DNA of 64,000 nt from Proteromonas lacertae (taxonomy: Eukaryota): contig NGBS01000584.1 of assembly GCA_002245135.1 (NCBI GenBank), forward strand, positions 124,001-188,000. Direction: 5' to 3'. The number at the start of each line of letters is the position of its first letter. The first letter of the stretch is position 1. The notes below the pieces were generated by a model, which had not been told where the DNA came from, searched no databases, and saw only the letters and a list, made by a program, of their open reading frames with translations. The translations under genes and the position numbers were made by a program. Shown piece by piece: positions 63,086 to 64,000 of the stretch.

Positions 63086-64000
63086 TCAAACTTCTAAAAA
63101 CTTCACATCATCTGTTAATCTAGCTGTTCCATCACCAGCAATTACTCCACCAACAATCCATGCTGGACAATGATCAATCTCTTCAATCTCTTTTAAAAAT
63201 CCTTTTGAATCTTCTTCACTCATTGCAATTAGAAGTCCTCCTGACGTTTCAGCTGCTCTTCCTTTCACAAAATTATAACCAGGTGAAATAGCCGCAATCT
63301 AATATAATGAAATTTAATAATAATTACATAAAAATACTTTCAACATATTCTTAACAACAGGCATTGTGTGTATCTCAAATGTTACTTTTTCATTTTGAGT
63401 AGATGCTAGATTATTAGCATGACCAATAATTCCAAATCCAGTGACATCTGTACATGCATGTGAATGATATTTATGCATTAATAACGCACCAGTTCTGTTC
63501 AATCTTGACATACTTTTACATCCTTTTTCATAAGCTTCCATTATTTCTTCTTTTGATATTTTATCACTCACTGTTTCATATTTACCATTATGTGTCCATT
63601 CAAATCCATTTACTATCAATTGCATTCCCAATGGCTTTGTTAATATTAAAACATCGCCTGGAATAGCATAGATTGGCCTTAAGAAATCTACTCCTTCTTT
63701 ACATATACTCGTTGCTACTCCACCAATTAAAGGCCATTGATTCATTGTAGTTTGACCACCTGTTACTGTAGTACCTGCCTCTCTAGCTAAATCATTAAAT
63801 CCACGAATCATTTCAGTTGTTATTACATCTTTTTCTTTATCATCCATATCTACACTTACACCTAATATCATTAACATAGTGTCTATATCCACTACACCCA
63901 TTGCATACATATCTGATAAGACGTTACATGCTGCTATTCTTCCCTGCATATATGGATCATCAACCAGTGGGAAGAAATAATCGGTTGTTGAGATTAAATA
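63086..64000 (-). CDS. SEPHS2: Selenophosphate synthetase (SPS2/SelD), 5' end outside window
   Basis: TTDYFFPLVDDPYMQGRIAACNVLSDMYAMG, VTGGQT, LILTKPLG, HACTDVTGFGIIGH and AETSGGLL. Confidence 0.93.

Overview
Very AT-rich, gene-dense eukaryotic DNA with many 25-37 nt GT-AG introns. This style suggests a Blastocystis-like stramenopile, which is an inference. The window holds about 24 protein genes: a giant secreted protein with at least 7 tandem bacterial UrtA/AmiC-like solute-binding domains, a pseudokinase, HINT3, divergent PP2A-B56, GCLC, an ABCC transporter, a Kelch-RING ligase, NDUFV1, APE1, UBE2J, two gene-converted calpains, a USP9X/24/34-like DUB, MORN, RING, BTB, GSKIP, a tandem kinase, an LRR protein and selenophosphate synthetase. 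There is also one tRNA-Gln. Non-coding highlights are (1) four intronic box C/D snoRNA candidates in the only long introns, one complementary to U6 snRNA; (2) two junctions that seem to need U12-like ATATCTTT donors with non-canonical acceptors; (3) a SECIS element after the SPS gene; and (4) a nested transposon stack beside the tRNA. In that stack, a Foldback-type Mutator element (8.36 kb, 9-bp TSD, TIRs built of 120-bp tandem repeats) lies inside a TGT...ACA element with a 5-bp TSD, which itself splits an RNase H ORF. Exon boundaries and family calls were made by eye and need confirmation.
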